64,000 nucleotides of DNA, taken from assembly GCA_964392925.1 (NCBI GenBank), contig CAYMRP010000002.1, positions 72,759-136,758 of the forward strand. Direction: 5' to 3'. The position numbers and the translations under genes are program-made. The DNA comes from an uncultured Gammaproteobacteria bacterium. Lineage in GTDB: Bacteria > Patescibacteriota > Microgenomatia > Daviesbacterales > UBA10151. Position 1 is the stretch's first letter. Each line of letters opens with the position of its first letter. Shown one piece after another: positions 9,253 to 18,869 of this stretch. The notes beneath the pieces were generated by a model. The model ran no database searches and had not been told where the DNA came from. It saw only the letters and a program-made list of their open reading frames with translations.

Positions 9253-9807
9253 TTAAACCTGCATCAAATCTTCTTCTTTTTGTTTTATTAAACTGTCTAC
9301 TTCCGCATTCGCTTTCTCTACAATTTCCTGCATTAATTTCTCTCTTCGTTCTAGCTCATCTTCTCCTATTTCACCAGCGGTTTTAGCTTTGTTCCACTCC
9401 TCTTTTTGCTCCTGACGGGATTGTCTAACTGCGATTCTAGCTTCCTCGCCTTTAACATGAGCTACTTTCACAAATTCCCTCCGTCTTTCTTCAGTTAACG
9501 GAGGAATCGGCACTCTTACTGTTTGCCCTTCAACTGACGGAGTAAGTCCTAAACCTGCTCCCATAATCGCCTTCTCAATATCCTTAACCATTCCCGGATC
9601 CCAAACCTGAACTGTTAAAAGTGATAACTGAGGTGTAGTTATAGTTCCAACCTCCATAATCTTCATCTGTGCACCATAGGCATTAATAGGAATATCTTCC
9701 AGAAGTGAGGGGTTAGCTCTTCCAGCTCTGACAGCAGATAAATCTTTCTTGAGGTGGTCTAAAGCGCTCTGAATGTTTGTGGCAAATGCTACGAGTTCTG
9801 AATCCAT
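9253..9807 (-). CDS. frr: ribosome recycling factor
   Basis: 184 aa, typical RRF sequence; follows tsf (pyrH absent between them). Confidence 0.9.
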   Translation of the reverse strand: MDSELVAFATNIQSALDHLKKDLSAVRAGRANPSLLEDIPINAYGAQMKIMEVGTITTPQLSLLTVQVWDPGMVKDIEKAIMGAGLGLTPSVEGQTVRVPIPPLTEERRREFVKVAHVKGEEARIAVRQSRQEQKEEWNKAKTAGEIGEDELERREKLMQEIVEKANAEVDSLIKQKEEDLMQV

Positions 9808-9815
9808 GATATAGG

Positions 9816-10271
9816 TTAGCTGCCTAACGCAATTCTTGTGAACTTTCCAATCTTAATATTCTCGCCTAATTTTGCTATTGCAGATTTTATTAAATCTCCT
9901 ACCTTTTGGCTTGGATCTCTAACATAATCTTGGTCTAATAATTCTTCTTCGTTCTCAGGATTCATTGAAGCAATCTGAAGTGCAATCTCGTGAGCTAATG
10001 TTTTAAAATCCTCTGTTTTAGCCACAAAATCAGTCTCACATAAAACTTCGACTAAAACTCCTACTCTTCCTCCGTGTGAATATGTTTCTACAACACCAGC
10101 TGAAACTTCTCTATCGGATTTTGAACCTGCTTTATCCAGTCCTTTTTGGTGAAGTATATCTTTAGCTTTCTTCATATCACCTTCAGCCTCAGTAAGCGCA
10201 GTTTTACAATCTGCAATACCAGCTCCGGTCTCTTCTCTTAACTTTTTAATATCATCTACATTGATTGCCAT
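9816..10271 (-). CDS. tsf: elongation factor Ts (short form)
   Basis: 151 aa; N-terminal UBA-like IKKLREETGAGIADCKTAL signature of EF-Ts. Confidence 0.85.
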   Translation of the reverse strand: MAINVDDIKKLREETGAGIADCKTALTEAEGDMKKAKDILHQKGLDKAGSKSDREVSAGVVETYSHGGRVGVLVEVLCETDFVAKTEDFKTLAHEIALQIASMNPENEEELLDQDYVRDPSQKVGDLIKSAIAKLGENIKIGKFTRIALGS

Positions 10272-10282
10272 AATATATAGTA

Positions 10283-10318
10283 ATTTAACAATTTAACAAT
10301 TTAACAATTTAACAATTA
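10283..10318. repeat. tandem octamer repeat (TTTAACAA)x4
   Basis: taatttaacaatttaacaatttaacaatttaacaatta between rpsB stop and tsf start. Confidence 0.9.
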
Positions 10319-11197
10319 TTCTACTTTTCTAGAACTTTCATCTACAACTTTTTTCTCAATCTCTTCTTCAATCACAGCTGCTTCCTGCGCTAATACTTCA
10401 TCTAATTCCTCTTCTTTTGATTCAGCTTTTTCTGCTTTAGAAGTTTTTGTTTCTACTTTAGCTTCTCCAACTTTAATTCCAGCTTCTTTTTTACCCTCTG
10501 CATAAGCCCGGATTATAGTTTCACAAACTATTTTAATCGATTTAATACCATCATCGTTTGCAGAAACTGGATAATCAAACCATGTTGGATCTGCATTCGT
10601 GTCGCAAAGTCCAATCACTTTAACGCCCATTTTATTAGCTTCCCTAACTGCAATATTATCGCCAACTGCATCTACCACAAATAATGCATCAGGCATTTTC
10701 GTCATTCCAATCGCTCCACCCATTTCATTAGTGAATTTATAAAGTTTTTTACCAATCAACATTTGCTCTCTTTTTGTATAGCGGGAAAGTGTTCCTTTTT
10801 CCTGTTCAGCTTTAAGTTCTGATAATTTCTTCCAGTTTTTCTTAATCTCATCAAAATTAGTAAATATTCCTCCGTACCAGGTTTTATTTAAGTAAAATGT
10901 ATCAGCTTCTTTAGCTAATTCTGCAACAACATCCTGAGCCTGCTTTTTAGTTCCAACCATCAACAAAACCTGTCCAGCTTTACCCATTTGATAAGCTGCT
11001 TCTGCAGCTTCTTTTAGTTGCTCCTCCGAATGAGCTAAGTCTAAAATATGTACTCCGTCACGGGCTCCGAAGATGTATCTTTTCATCTTTGGATGTCCAC
11101 GCGAAACTTTATGTCCAAAATGGACACCAGCTCCGAGTAATTCTTGCATGTCAGGTGTTTTAATAGTTGCCATAATTATCTTTCTTATAACTCGCAC
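10316..11197 (-). CDS. rpsB: 30S ribosomal protein S2 (with acidic C-terminal extension)
   Basis: 293 aa; S2 signatures; rpsB-tsf arrangement. Confidence 0.9.
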   Translation of the reverse strand: MRVIRKIIMATIKTPDMQELLGAGVHFGHKVSRGHPKMKRYIFGARDGVHILDLAHSEEQLKEAAEAAYQMGKAGQVLLMVGTKKQAQDVVAELAKEADTFYLNKTWYGGIFTNFDEIKKNWKKLSELKAEQEKGTLSRYTKREQMLIGKKLYKFTNEMGGAIGMTKMPDALFVVDAVGDNIAVREANKMGVKVIGLCDTNADPTWFDYPVSANDDGIKSIKIVCETIIRAYAEGKKEAGIKVGEAKVETKTSKAEKAESKEEELDEVLAQEAAVIEEEIEKKVVDESSRKVE

Positions 11198-11391
11198 ATT
11201 CTGAGATTAAATACCCTTGTCAAATTGCTCCGCAATCCGCAAGCGGTCTCGTAAACTTCTATAACGCTTCGCGTTTACAAATAAATCTGAAGTTTACTGC
11301 GACTCCTTAACCTCTTCAGTACTAATGAATTCAGGAATCTAACAGTACTGAATGTGTGATTTGAGTAGTTTACAAACTTTGAAGCTAAAAA

Positions 11392-11661
11392 TCAACCCTT
11401 CATCTCGCCGCCAGGCGCTGCAGACATCTGAGCTTCAGGAGCGATTGGAGCAGCTGTTTTTTCTACCACTGAAAAGGGAGTTCCGGATTCAGTAATACCT
11501 TTTTTAACATTGGTAGCATTCTCAAAGCTAGTATTGGCAAAGTTCATGCCTTCAATATTAGGAGCTTTTGCACCTTCAACAGGAGGGACCGTGGATATCA
11601 CAGGCTGCTCTGGTTGCCTGCCTAATAATCTACCTAAAAATTGAGGAATTCTCATTACCAA
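11392..11661 (-). CDS. hypothetical small protein
   Basis: 89-aa ORF, Pro/Ala-rich. Confidence 0.3.
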   Translation of the reverse strand: MVMRIPQFLGRLLGRQPEQPVISTVPPVEGAKAPNIEGMNFANTSFENATNVKKGITESGTPFSVVEKTAAPIAPEAQMSAAPGGEMKG

Positions 11662-11670
11662 ATTATCTTA

Positions 11671-12186
11671 TCACACTCTTTCAAACTCTAAAAACTTATA
11701 CTTAAATCCGGCTGATTCTTCACTTTTTTCAAAAACCTTTTTAGTAAATTTATCTTTATACTCTGGAAAAAATGAATCAGCTTCTGGAAATTCTGCATCA
11801 ACTAAAGTCACATATAATTTATCAGCCAAATCTAAAGCCTCCGCAAACACCTGCGCCCCACCTATTGTAAAAATCTCCTCATTCCCAAGTTTACCCTGAG
11901 CCTGCTGAAGGGCCTCATCTAATGAATGAGCTATTACTGCTCCCTCAGAAATGAAATCCTGCTCCCGGGTAATAACTACATTAGTCCGATTCGGTAAGAT
12001 CCGACCAATAGACTCATGAGTCTTCCTCCCCATAACAATCGGATGCCCAGTCGTAATCTCCTTAAATCTTCTTAACTCTTCCGGAATTTTCCAAAGCAAT
12101 TTATTCTTCGCCCCAATTTCCCTATTCCTACCAATCGCCACAATAATCGAAATTTTCTTATGCTGTTTGTTCATTATTTGGTTCAA
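11671..12186 (-). CDS. folA: dihydrofolate reductase
   Basis: 171 aa; ISIIVAIGRNREIG...LLWKIPEELRRFKEITTGHPIVMGRKTHESIG matches DHFR. Confidence 0.85.
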   Translation of the reverse strand: MNQIMNKQHKKISIIVAIGRNREIGAKNKLLWKIPEELRRFKEITTGHPIVMGRKTHESIGRILPNRTNVVITREQDFISEGAVIAHSLDEALQQAQGKLGNEEIFTIGGAQVFAEALDLADKLYVTLVDAEFPEADSFFPEYKDKFTKKVFEKSEESAGFKYKFLEFERV

Positions 12187-12550
12187 ATGCGATAACTCTT
12201 TGGTTTGGCCTAATTAACTTTATACCATGATGAGCAGCTATAACATAAAGTTCATCGCCAATTCCCTTACTTGCCGGAGTTTCTAAATCAACATGTCTGG
12301 CCTTCGATTCTCTAACAGTCCTTTTCGCCGAACTTCTATTTCCTACTATAGCCTTTATTTCCTTAGGAATATCTTCAAAGTGATCTACATGAGTAGGATC
12401 TATCATTCTGGTAAAGACCGAGGCTAGCATCGCTAATTCTGCAGTAGCGGCCGCTCCGTATTGTTGATCTATAATATTAATTCTGGGATTTCTGGAGATA
12501 CGAGCTCTAGCTCTTCTCTCAGCATAAGGTAATTCGCCATCTCTTGCCAT
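12158..12550 (-). CDS. hypothetical protein in thyA-folA operon (weak HPPK/FolK-like resemblance, unverified)
   Basis: 130-aa ORF overlapping folA start by ~29 nt; no Cys/His catalytic motifs. Confidence 0.4.
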   Translation of the reverse strand: MARDGELPYAERRARARISRNPRINIIDQQYGAAATAELAMLASVFTRMIDPTHVDHFEDIPKEIKAIVGNRSSAKRTVRESKARHVDLETPASKGIGDELYVIAAHHGIKLIRPNQRVIAFEPNNEQTA

Positions 12551-12567
12551 AAGAAGGGATTATATTA

Positions 12568-13593
12568 TTATTTCTTCTTTCCTTCAAACAAACCCCCAGC
12601 CACAGTCAACTCACCTTTAATAGCCGAATGTGGTTCATAGTTCTCTAAAGTCACCATATCAGGCGTAAAATCACTAATCTCTTTAACGGATTTGTCTATT
12701 TTTATATTCGGCAACGGCTTTGGTTTTCTTTTTAATTCTTCTTTAACCTGAGGAATATGATTTTCATAAATATGTGCATCACCAAACGTATGAATAAACT
12801 CTCCGGGTTTAACTTTTAAAATCTGCGCCAGAATAATAGTTAAAAGCGCATATGAAGCAATATTAAACGGCACTCCCAAAAATAAATCAGCTGACCTTTG
12901 ATAAAGCTGCAGATAAAGCTTGCCGTCTTTTATAGAAACCTGATACATATTGTGACAAATTGGAAATCTCGACGCATCCTCATTCGTCGCCATGGTATAA
13001 AGATATTCCGGATTCCATGAATTCACGATTGCGTTCCTCGCAAATGGATCTTCTCTGAGCTCCGAAACTACCCACCCAAGCTGATCAATTGTCCTTTTTG
13101 ACTTAGTAGGCCATCTTCTCCACATTTCGCCATAAATTCTCGGCAATTCTCCCCATTTCTTCGCAAACTTAGCGTCAGTCCTAATCTTCTCTACAAATTC
13201 CTCCTTGGACAAGGGACTAGTCGCTAGAGTCGAGAGTCTAGAGTCTTTTTTGCTCTTTCCTAGACTCATGTCCCTTGTCTCTTGCGACTTTAAATAAATC
13301 TTATATGGGTAGTCATCCCAAATATGCACATTATTATCAACTAAATACTTAATATTAGAATCTCCCTTCATAAACCAATAAAGCTCATGAATCACCCCTT
13401 TCCAATAAACTTTTTTAGTAGTCAAAAGCGGAAACCCTTTAGATAAGTCGTATCTTGTTTGTCTCCCAAAAACGCTTAATGATCTAACTCCAGTTCCCCG
13501 GTCGACATTCCAAACCCCATCACTAAGGACTTCCTTCAAAAGATTCAAATATTGATATTCAGGATGCTGATCAGATTGCTTCATAGTCGTCAT
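12568..13593 (-). CDS. thyA: thymidylate synthase ThyA with ~50-aa internal insertion
   Basis: Aligns to E. coli ThyA (catalytic Cys in PICHNMYQV, ...LYQRSADLFLGVPFNIASYALL...); likely start at ATG 13591-13593 or 13582-13584 (MKQ); upstream ORF extension is probably non-coding. Confidence 0.88.
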   Translation of the reverse strand: MTTMKQSDQHPEYQYLNLLKEVLSDGVWNVDRGTGVRSLSVFGRQTRYDLSKGFPLLTTKKVYWKGVIHELYWFMKGDSNIKYLVDNNVHIWDDYPYKIYLKSQETRDMSLGKSKKDSRLSTLATSPLSKEEFVEKIRTDAKFAKKWGELPRIYGEMWRRWPTKSKRTIDQLGWVVSELREDPFARNAIVNSWNPEYLYTMATNEDASRFPICHNMYQVSIKDGKLYLQLYQRSADLFLGVPFNIASYALLTIILAQILKVKPGEFIHTFGDAHIYENHIPQVKEELKRKPKPLPNIKIDKSVKEISDFTPDMVTLENYEPHSAIKGELTVAGGLFEGKKK

Positions 13594-13757
13594 TGCCGCG
13601 AAGGCGGGAATCCAATAAACGAAAGTCCTAAATGACTCTCCACAAACTTTATTGAACATCAAACCTCACGTTGCTAATTGGATCCCCGCATACTCGAGGA
13701 TGACAAAAACAGAACACCCATTATATGTAACTTTTAGAAGTAACTGTCAAGGAGTAA

Positions 13758-14225
13758 TTAAAATAAGCCTCTTGAACGGCGGAGAGCACCTTGTCGAAGT
13801 ATACGCTTACGCCGGTCTAAATCTATTGCATCAGCAACATCGCTGCCCTTTTCCGGACCATCGACTAAAGTTGCCCACTCCACCCCTTTTCGATTAAAAT
13901 TTATTGTTTCAGCGACATCAACTAACTTCCCATTTGGGGTATATTTTACGATAGAAATTTCATGTTCACGCAATATAACCACAGAATCGGTAACTGGAAC
14001 CCGAGTAATTTCAGTACCTAAATAACTAATGTGAGCTACAGAAGGACCCGAGTCTTTAATATGAGTAAAACCCAACACAACATCCCCAGGGTATCTTAAG
14101 GAACTAAAGAAACTAACTTGCTGAATATCAGCACCCGTGCGCAAAGCAATCCTTTTAGCACCTTCTCTGCTCACAGAACTTAATCCAAATACTACACCGT
14201 GACTAGGTTTTGCATCAACATTCAT
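13758..14225 (-). CDS. hypothetical protein (possibly dUTPase-fold; motifs weak)
   Basis: 155 aa, TGADI and C-terminal RSRGLF loosely resemble dUTPase motifs 1 and 5; lies between dcd paralogs and thyA. Confidence 0.35.
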   Translation of the reverse strand: MNVDAKPSHGVVFGLSSVSREGAKRIALRTGADIQQVSFFSSLRYPGDVVLGFTHIKDSGPSVAHISYLGTEITRVPVTDSVVILREHEISIVKYTPNGKLVDVAETINFNRKGVEWATLVDGPEKGSDVADAIDLDRRKRILRQGALRRSRGLF

Positions 14226-14280
14226 TGGGGAATACTACACTTTTGTCTTAATTTTGTCAAAGATATACTACTCTAACAAT

Positions 14281-14850
14281 CTAAACCTGCTGTTCAACCT
14301 CTGAAGGACTGATCCTTCCCCCTTGATGCTGTCCTCTATATTCCACCCCTTCTCCTTCAATCTGATAAAAAACAATATTACAAACTCTCGCCCCCATCTG
14401 CAAACTAACCGGAAACTCAGATAAATTCCGTAGCCCCATTGTTAAAGGCCCCTTGTATCCAGGATCAACTTTAGTAACTAAAAGCAGCAATCCGGCCCTA
14501 AAAAGCGAAGAACGGGAATAAACCATTGGCATTAAATTTTTAGGCGTATTAATTTGCTCAACAGTTGAAATAAGTAAATACTCCCCAGGTTTAATTTCAA
14601 TTTCCGCCTGAGTCTCCGAATCTTCATAAAACTTTCCGATCATCTCCGTTTTTACGCCTTTCCTTCTACCCAAGCCAGCTGTTCCATCAGCTTCAATAAA
14701 AGCTCCACCTTCAATAATCTTATGCACTTCCCCCATTCGCAAATCCACCCCAACACCCTCAGGATTATTTAAATCACGCGGACCTAAATGCTCAATGAGC
14801 TTATCTTTCTTAATGAGTTCTAAAACTTTGTGAATTCCAAGTACTGACAT
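14281..14850 (-). CDS. Dcd-family protein (dCTP deaminase-like dUTPase or bifunctional dCTP deaminase)
   Basis: 189 aa; SRSSLFRAGL and VDPGYKG match the Dcd/dUTPase superfamily signatures. Confidence 0.7.
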   Translation of the reverse strand: MSVLGIHKVLELIKKDKLIEHLGPRDLNNPEGVGVDLRMGEVHKIIEGGAFIEADGTAGLGRRKGVKTEMIGKFYEDSETQAEIEIKPGEYLLISTVEQINTPKNLMPMVYSRSSLFRAGLLLLVTKVDPGYKGPLTMGLRNLSEFPVSLQMGARVCNIVFYQIEGEGVEYRGQHQGGRISPSEVEQQV

Positions 14851-14927
14851 GAATTTATAGATGTATTTTCTCGTTTCACTCGAAAGATATGCTTTCCATA
14901 TTTTTCGAACGGAGTGAGAAAATACCT

Positions 14928-15557
14928 TTAAGCTGCTTTCTTCTTACCCCTAATATTAGAAACTTCCGGCATATCGGATCCGCCGTATCTATTATTTGGA
15001 TTATTATCATAAGACCTTGATACCGGCTCCTGAAGTTTTTCAAACGAAAATGCACAAATCGGCGAACCTTCATAAATAATTATCTGCTTACCTTTAAGAA
15101 ATGTTCCAAACTCTAGGACTGGACAGCCATCCCATCCTGGATCAAACCGAGCTGCAGTCGAATGAACCACTACTCCAATTCGTGCCAGAGATGATTTACC
15201 ATGAAGATGCCCAATAATATTATCCGGAAGAGTCAGTCGTTCCTTAGTAGTCGCAATAACAAATTTATCATCAGTTAAAATAAATGGTTGCCCTGGCTTC
15301 AGCTCAACATACTCCATCATCGATTCCATTTCTTCTTTCGAAGTATGCATGGTATCGATTGTTTCCCAACCCTGCTTCTTAAAAACCTTTAAATGTTTTC
15401 CTAAATGAAAATCCATTGTTACTTCATCAACTAGGTTTTCCCAATTCTCAGGAAGTGGATCTACTTTAATTACCCCTTTTTCAATATGCTGCTTAATAGA
15501 CCAATCAGGAAGAGTTCCAATAATATCTTTTACAAATTCAGTATTCTTCTTAGCCAC
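14928..15557 (-). CDS. dcd: dCTP deaminase
   Basis: 209 aa; GKSSLARIGVVVHSTAARFDPGWDGCPVLEF closely matches E. coli Dcd [31 protein letters not shown]. Confidence 0.85.
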   Translation of the reverse strand: MAKKNTEFVKDIIGTLPDWSIKQHIEKGVIKVDPLPENWENLVDEVTMDFHLGKHLKVFKKQGWETIDTMHTSKEEMESMMEYVELKPGQPFILTDDKFVIATTKERLTLPDNIIGHLHGKSSLARIGVVVHSTAARFDPGWDGCPVLEFGTFLKGKQIIIYEGSPICAFSFEKLQEPVSRSYDNNPNNRYGGSDMPEVSNIRGKKKAA

Positions 15558-15667
15558 GTTTTTAAACTTCCTTTCTTATAAATATGCCTTGTTTAAAAAG
15601 GCAAGGTTCTGCGTAAGCAGGTTCTTATAATTTACTTTACCTAACTTAACGAAATTTTATAAGCTTT

Positions 15668-16306
15668 TCAAGTAGTCAGATTAAATGAATTACCTACTGC
15701 ATCCCAGATCTCACGAGCAACTTCTTCTTTTGATTTCGTGCTGTCAACAATAACCGAATCAGGAAACTCCCCAAAAACCTCCAGGAATCCTTCTCTTCTC
15801 ACTTTCAAAACCTGAAGATCCGACTCATTATAAGCATGAATTTCATTATCCGAAGCCTCAGCCTGCCTTCTCATAATTTCCTCCTCTGGAACATCAATCA
15901 GAATTGATAAGTCAGGTTCTAAACCCAAAGCAGCTTTTCTAACCTGCTCTTTAATAAAGTCTTTATCTAATCCTTCCTGATAACCTTGATAAACTAGAGC
16001 CGAAGCGAAAAATCTAGTCAAAACTACCCATTTTCCATTCTCCAATTCCGGCACAATTAACTCTTCAACCAAAGAATTAAGCGCTTTCAATATAAGTTCT
16101 AACTCTTCATCCGGTGTTAAAACTCCGGATGCCTTTTTCTCAAGTAATTGCTTCCTAAATTTCTCAGCATTCTCAGTTCCTCCAGGATGGCGCACCGAAA
16201 TAGCCTCAATCCCAACTTCTTTTAATTTTTCAACTAACAAATTAGCCTGAGTCGTCTTCCCCGTAAACCCCTGGCCTTCAATAACAATGAACTTACCTTT
16301 TTGCAT
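15668..16306 (-). CDS. tmk: thymidylate kinase
   Basis: P-loop FIVIEGQGFTGKTTQ; likely start ATG 16304-16306 (MQKGKF); ORF track starts 14 codons upstream. Confidence 0.85.
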   Translation of the reverse strand: MQKGKFIVIEGQGFTGKTTQANLLVEKLKEVGIEAISVRHPGGTENAEKFRKQLLEKKASGVLTPDEELELILKALNSLVEELIVPELENGKWVVLTRFFASALVYQGYQEGLDKDFIKEQVRKAALGLEPDLSILIDVPEEEIMRRQAEASDNEIHAYNESDLQVLKVRREGFLEVFGEFPDSVIVDSTKSKEEVAREIWDAVGNSFNLTT

Positions 16307-16464
16307 AAATAGAAGATACAAGTTTTCCGAACAAATTCCAATATACAAATAAGAAGTCGAGCTTTAGCAATTAAGCGCGGCTTGCCAAGTGAGAGAGTTT
16401 GGCGACTTCGCGGTCAAAGCCGCAGAAAAAAATCACCAACAAATAACTTCAGATTGCCAGGAAG

Positions 16465-18078
16465 CTAAGCTGATTTTTTGCTAGCAGCTTCCATAAACCC
16501 TAAAAATATCGGATGTGGATCAAGCGGTCTAGATTTTAATTCCGGATGAAACTGACTCCCTACAAAAAAAGGATGATCCTCAAGCTCCATAATCTCCACT
16601 AACTTATTATCAGGGCTTTGCCCAACTACTTTAAAACCATTCTTCTCTAAATCCGCCCGGTATTCATTATTAACCTCATATCGATGACGATGTCTCTCAG
16701 AGGATTTCTCTTTACCATATAAATCTCTAACTTTACTCCCGGCCTTCAAATCCGCATCCCAAGCCCCAAGCCTCATAGTGCCTCCGTAATCACGTTTCAA
16801 AAGCATTTTTACCTGCTCAGGCATAATATGGACTACCGGATCCTTAGCCTCAGACTCATTCTCAGTTGTATTCGCCCCCGCCAGTCCCAACACATTTCTG
16901 GAAAATTCTACAACCGCCAACTGCAAACCGTAGCATAGACCTAAGTAAGGAATTCTATTCTCTCTCACATATTTAACTGCCGCAATCTTCCCCTCAACAT
17001 CCCGCGCTCCAAACCCTCCAGGCACAATTACCCCATCAAAATTTGCCAGCTGACCAGGATTATCCTGTAATTTAGAAGCATCAATCCAGGTCACCTCCGG
17101 CTTAATCCCAATCTTAAATGAAGCATGTTTTATAGCCTCAATAACTGAGATATAAGAATCCATCAAAGAGAAATCACCCGAGGTAAAATATTTACCAACA
17201 ATCCCAATTTTCACAGTTTTGTGAGACTTTTCAGATGACTTTACAAACTCTTCCCAATCCTTAAGATCAGTCTGCTTTCTCTTCAGTCCTAACTTCCCCA
17301 AAATTCTTTCAGTTAATCCCTGTTCCTCAAATTTTAAAGGCACAGAATAAACATTCTTAACATCAGGTGCAGAAATTATGCATTCAGGCTCAAGCCCGGT
17401 AGAAATCGCTAATTTTTTAATTCTTGATTGATCAAGTGGTCTCTCGGCTCTGGCTAAAATTATATCTGGTTGAATTCCAACTGCATTTAAGTCCCGTACT
17501 GACATCTGAGCCGGCTTTGATTTCATTTCTCCAAGAGATCCGGGTATTGGTAAATAAGTTACATGAACATGAATCACATCATCATGCTTTTTGAGTTTGA
17601 GCTGTCTATTCGCCTCTAAAAACAACACATTTTGATATTCTCCTGCAGTTCCGCCAATTTCAATTAAAACAATATCCGCATTCTTTGATTTTCCAGCTTG
17701 CTTAACTCTGGTAATAATTTCCTCAGTTATATAATTTACGACATCTATCGATGCGCCGTCATATTCCAAATTTCTCTCTTTTTGAATTACTGATAAGTAG
17801 ATCGAGCCCTGAGTCGCAATATTATTCTTATTTAAAGACTCATTTAGATATCTTTCATAATGTCCTAAATCCTGATCTGTTTCAGTTCCATCGTCCAAAA
17901 CAAAACATTCCCCATGCTCAATAGGGTTCATAGTTCCGGCATCAACATTAAGATACGGATCCATTTTAATCGGAGAAACTTTATAACCTGCAGATTTTAA
18001 AAGGAGAGCAATCGAGGCAGTTGCAATGCCTTTACCAATTCCAGAAATAACTCCACCACTAACAAATATATATTTCAA
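16465..18078 (-). CDS. pyrG: CTP synthase
   Basis: 537 aa; MKYIFVSGGVISGIGKG N-terminus and C-terminal glutamine amidotransferase triad region (GLCYGLQ). Confidence 0.9.
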   Translation of the reverse strand: MKYIFVSGGVISGIGKGIATASIALLLKSAGYKVSPIKMDPYLNVDAGTMNPIEHGECFVLDDGTETDQDLGHYERYLNESLNKNNIATQGSIYLSVIQKERNLEYDGASIDVVNYITEEIITRVKQAGKSKNADIVLIEIGGTAGEYQNVLFLEANRQLKLKKHDDVIHVHVTYLPIPGSLGEMKSKPAQMSVRDLNAVGIQPDIILARAERPLDQSRIKKLAISTGLEPECIISAPDVKNVYSVPLKFEEQGLTERILGKLGLKRKQTDLKDWEEFVKSSEKSHKTVKIGIVGKYFTSGDFSLMDSYISVIEAIKHASFKIGIKPEVTWIDASKLQDNPGQLANFDGVIVPGGFGARDVEGKIAAVKYVRENRIPYLGLCYGLQLAVVEFSRNVLGLAGANTTENESEAKDPVVHIMPEQVKMLLKRDYGGTMRLGAWDADLKAGSKVRDLYGKEKSSERHRHRYEVNNEYRADLEKNGFKVVGQSPDNKLVEIMELEDHPFFVGSQFHPELKSRPLDPHPIFLGFMEAASKKSA

Positions 18079-18267
18079 CTTTTTAAACTTTCCTTTCTTT
18101 TATCAAACAGCAAGGCAAGTTTAAACACACAAACTACAACTCCTAACTGCTCAACAAAAAATTTAAACTTTTCGCGTCCTGCTGTCAACAATGAAAAATA
18201 CTACGGGGGATTTAAGAATTACGAAAATCAACGAACTTCGGTTTTCCGAGGCCCTCAATATAATACC

Positions 18268-18306
18268 AAAACCCACCTAATTTTTCAATAATTAAGTGGG
18301 TTTTTA
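18268..18306 (-). terminator. rho-independent terminator after the 80-aa ORF
   Basis: cccacctaatttttcaataattaagtggg followed by ttttt; A-run on the other side (bidirectional). Confidence 0.55.
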
Positions 18307-18310
18307 GTAA

Positions 18311-18553
18311 CTATCTTTCTTTACCGCCAAGAGAACGCATATTGCGGCCACCTTCAGGTCCTTGTGGATTTTCAGACTTTAAAACACCTTCATTAGGCGC
18401 GTTCAAAGTTATCCCTTCTTTACCTGCAATTGAATGCTCTAATCTTCCTTTCTCGGCCAACCATCTCAAGAAAGTTAATCTCCTTAAATCAGGCTCTCTT
18501 GTCTCCTCAACAAACATTTGTAATGCTGTATCATATCTACCAACTGCTCTCAT
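18311..18553 (-). CDS. hypothetical small protein with strong SD
   Basis: 80-aa ORF preceded by aaagaaaggaggtaagaatATG and followed by a terminator. Confidence 0.45.
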   Translation of the reverse strand: MRAVGRYDTALQMFVEETREPDLRRLTFLRWLAEKGRLEHSIAGKEGITLNAPNEGVLKSENPQGPEGGRNMRSLGGKER

Positions 18554-18632
18554 ATTCTTACCTCCTTTCTTTAAAATTTTATTATTAGCACGACTCTTAA
18601 AATGTGATAAGAATCACTGCTAATTTGTGCAT

Positions 18633-18660
18633 AAAAAAACCGCCCTTTAAATTTGGCGGC
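18633..18660 (-). terminator. rho-independent terminator downstream of topA
   Basis: aaaaaa-ccgccctttaaatttggcgg on + strand = GCCGCC hairpin + U-run on minus strand. Confidence 0.6.
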
Positions 18661-18869
18661 TGTTTGATGCTATCAGGTTTTATTAAAACCCTTACATCAA
18701 AACCGCCTCTTTACAGAGGACAGTGTGATGCGGGGTAACGACAATAATATTTTTCATAGACTTACTTGGTTATACTGCCGAGCACTTCTTAAGTCAAGTA
18801 AGGATTTGTATGCCATAATCAAAGATTTGCTTTGCGGTCAAAACGGTAAAGAAAAAGCTAACAAAAGAC

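Noticed and set aside
13758-14225. Confident call of trimeric dUTPase (dut) for the 155-aa ORF
   Set aside because: Only motif-1-like (TGADI) and a C-terminal RSRGLF are present. Motif 3 (GxIDxDYRG) is not recognisable. Downgraded to hypothetical.
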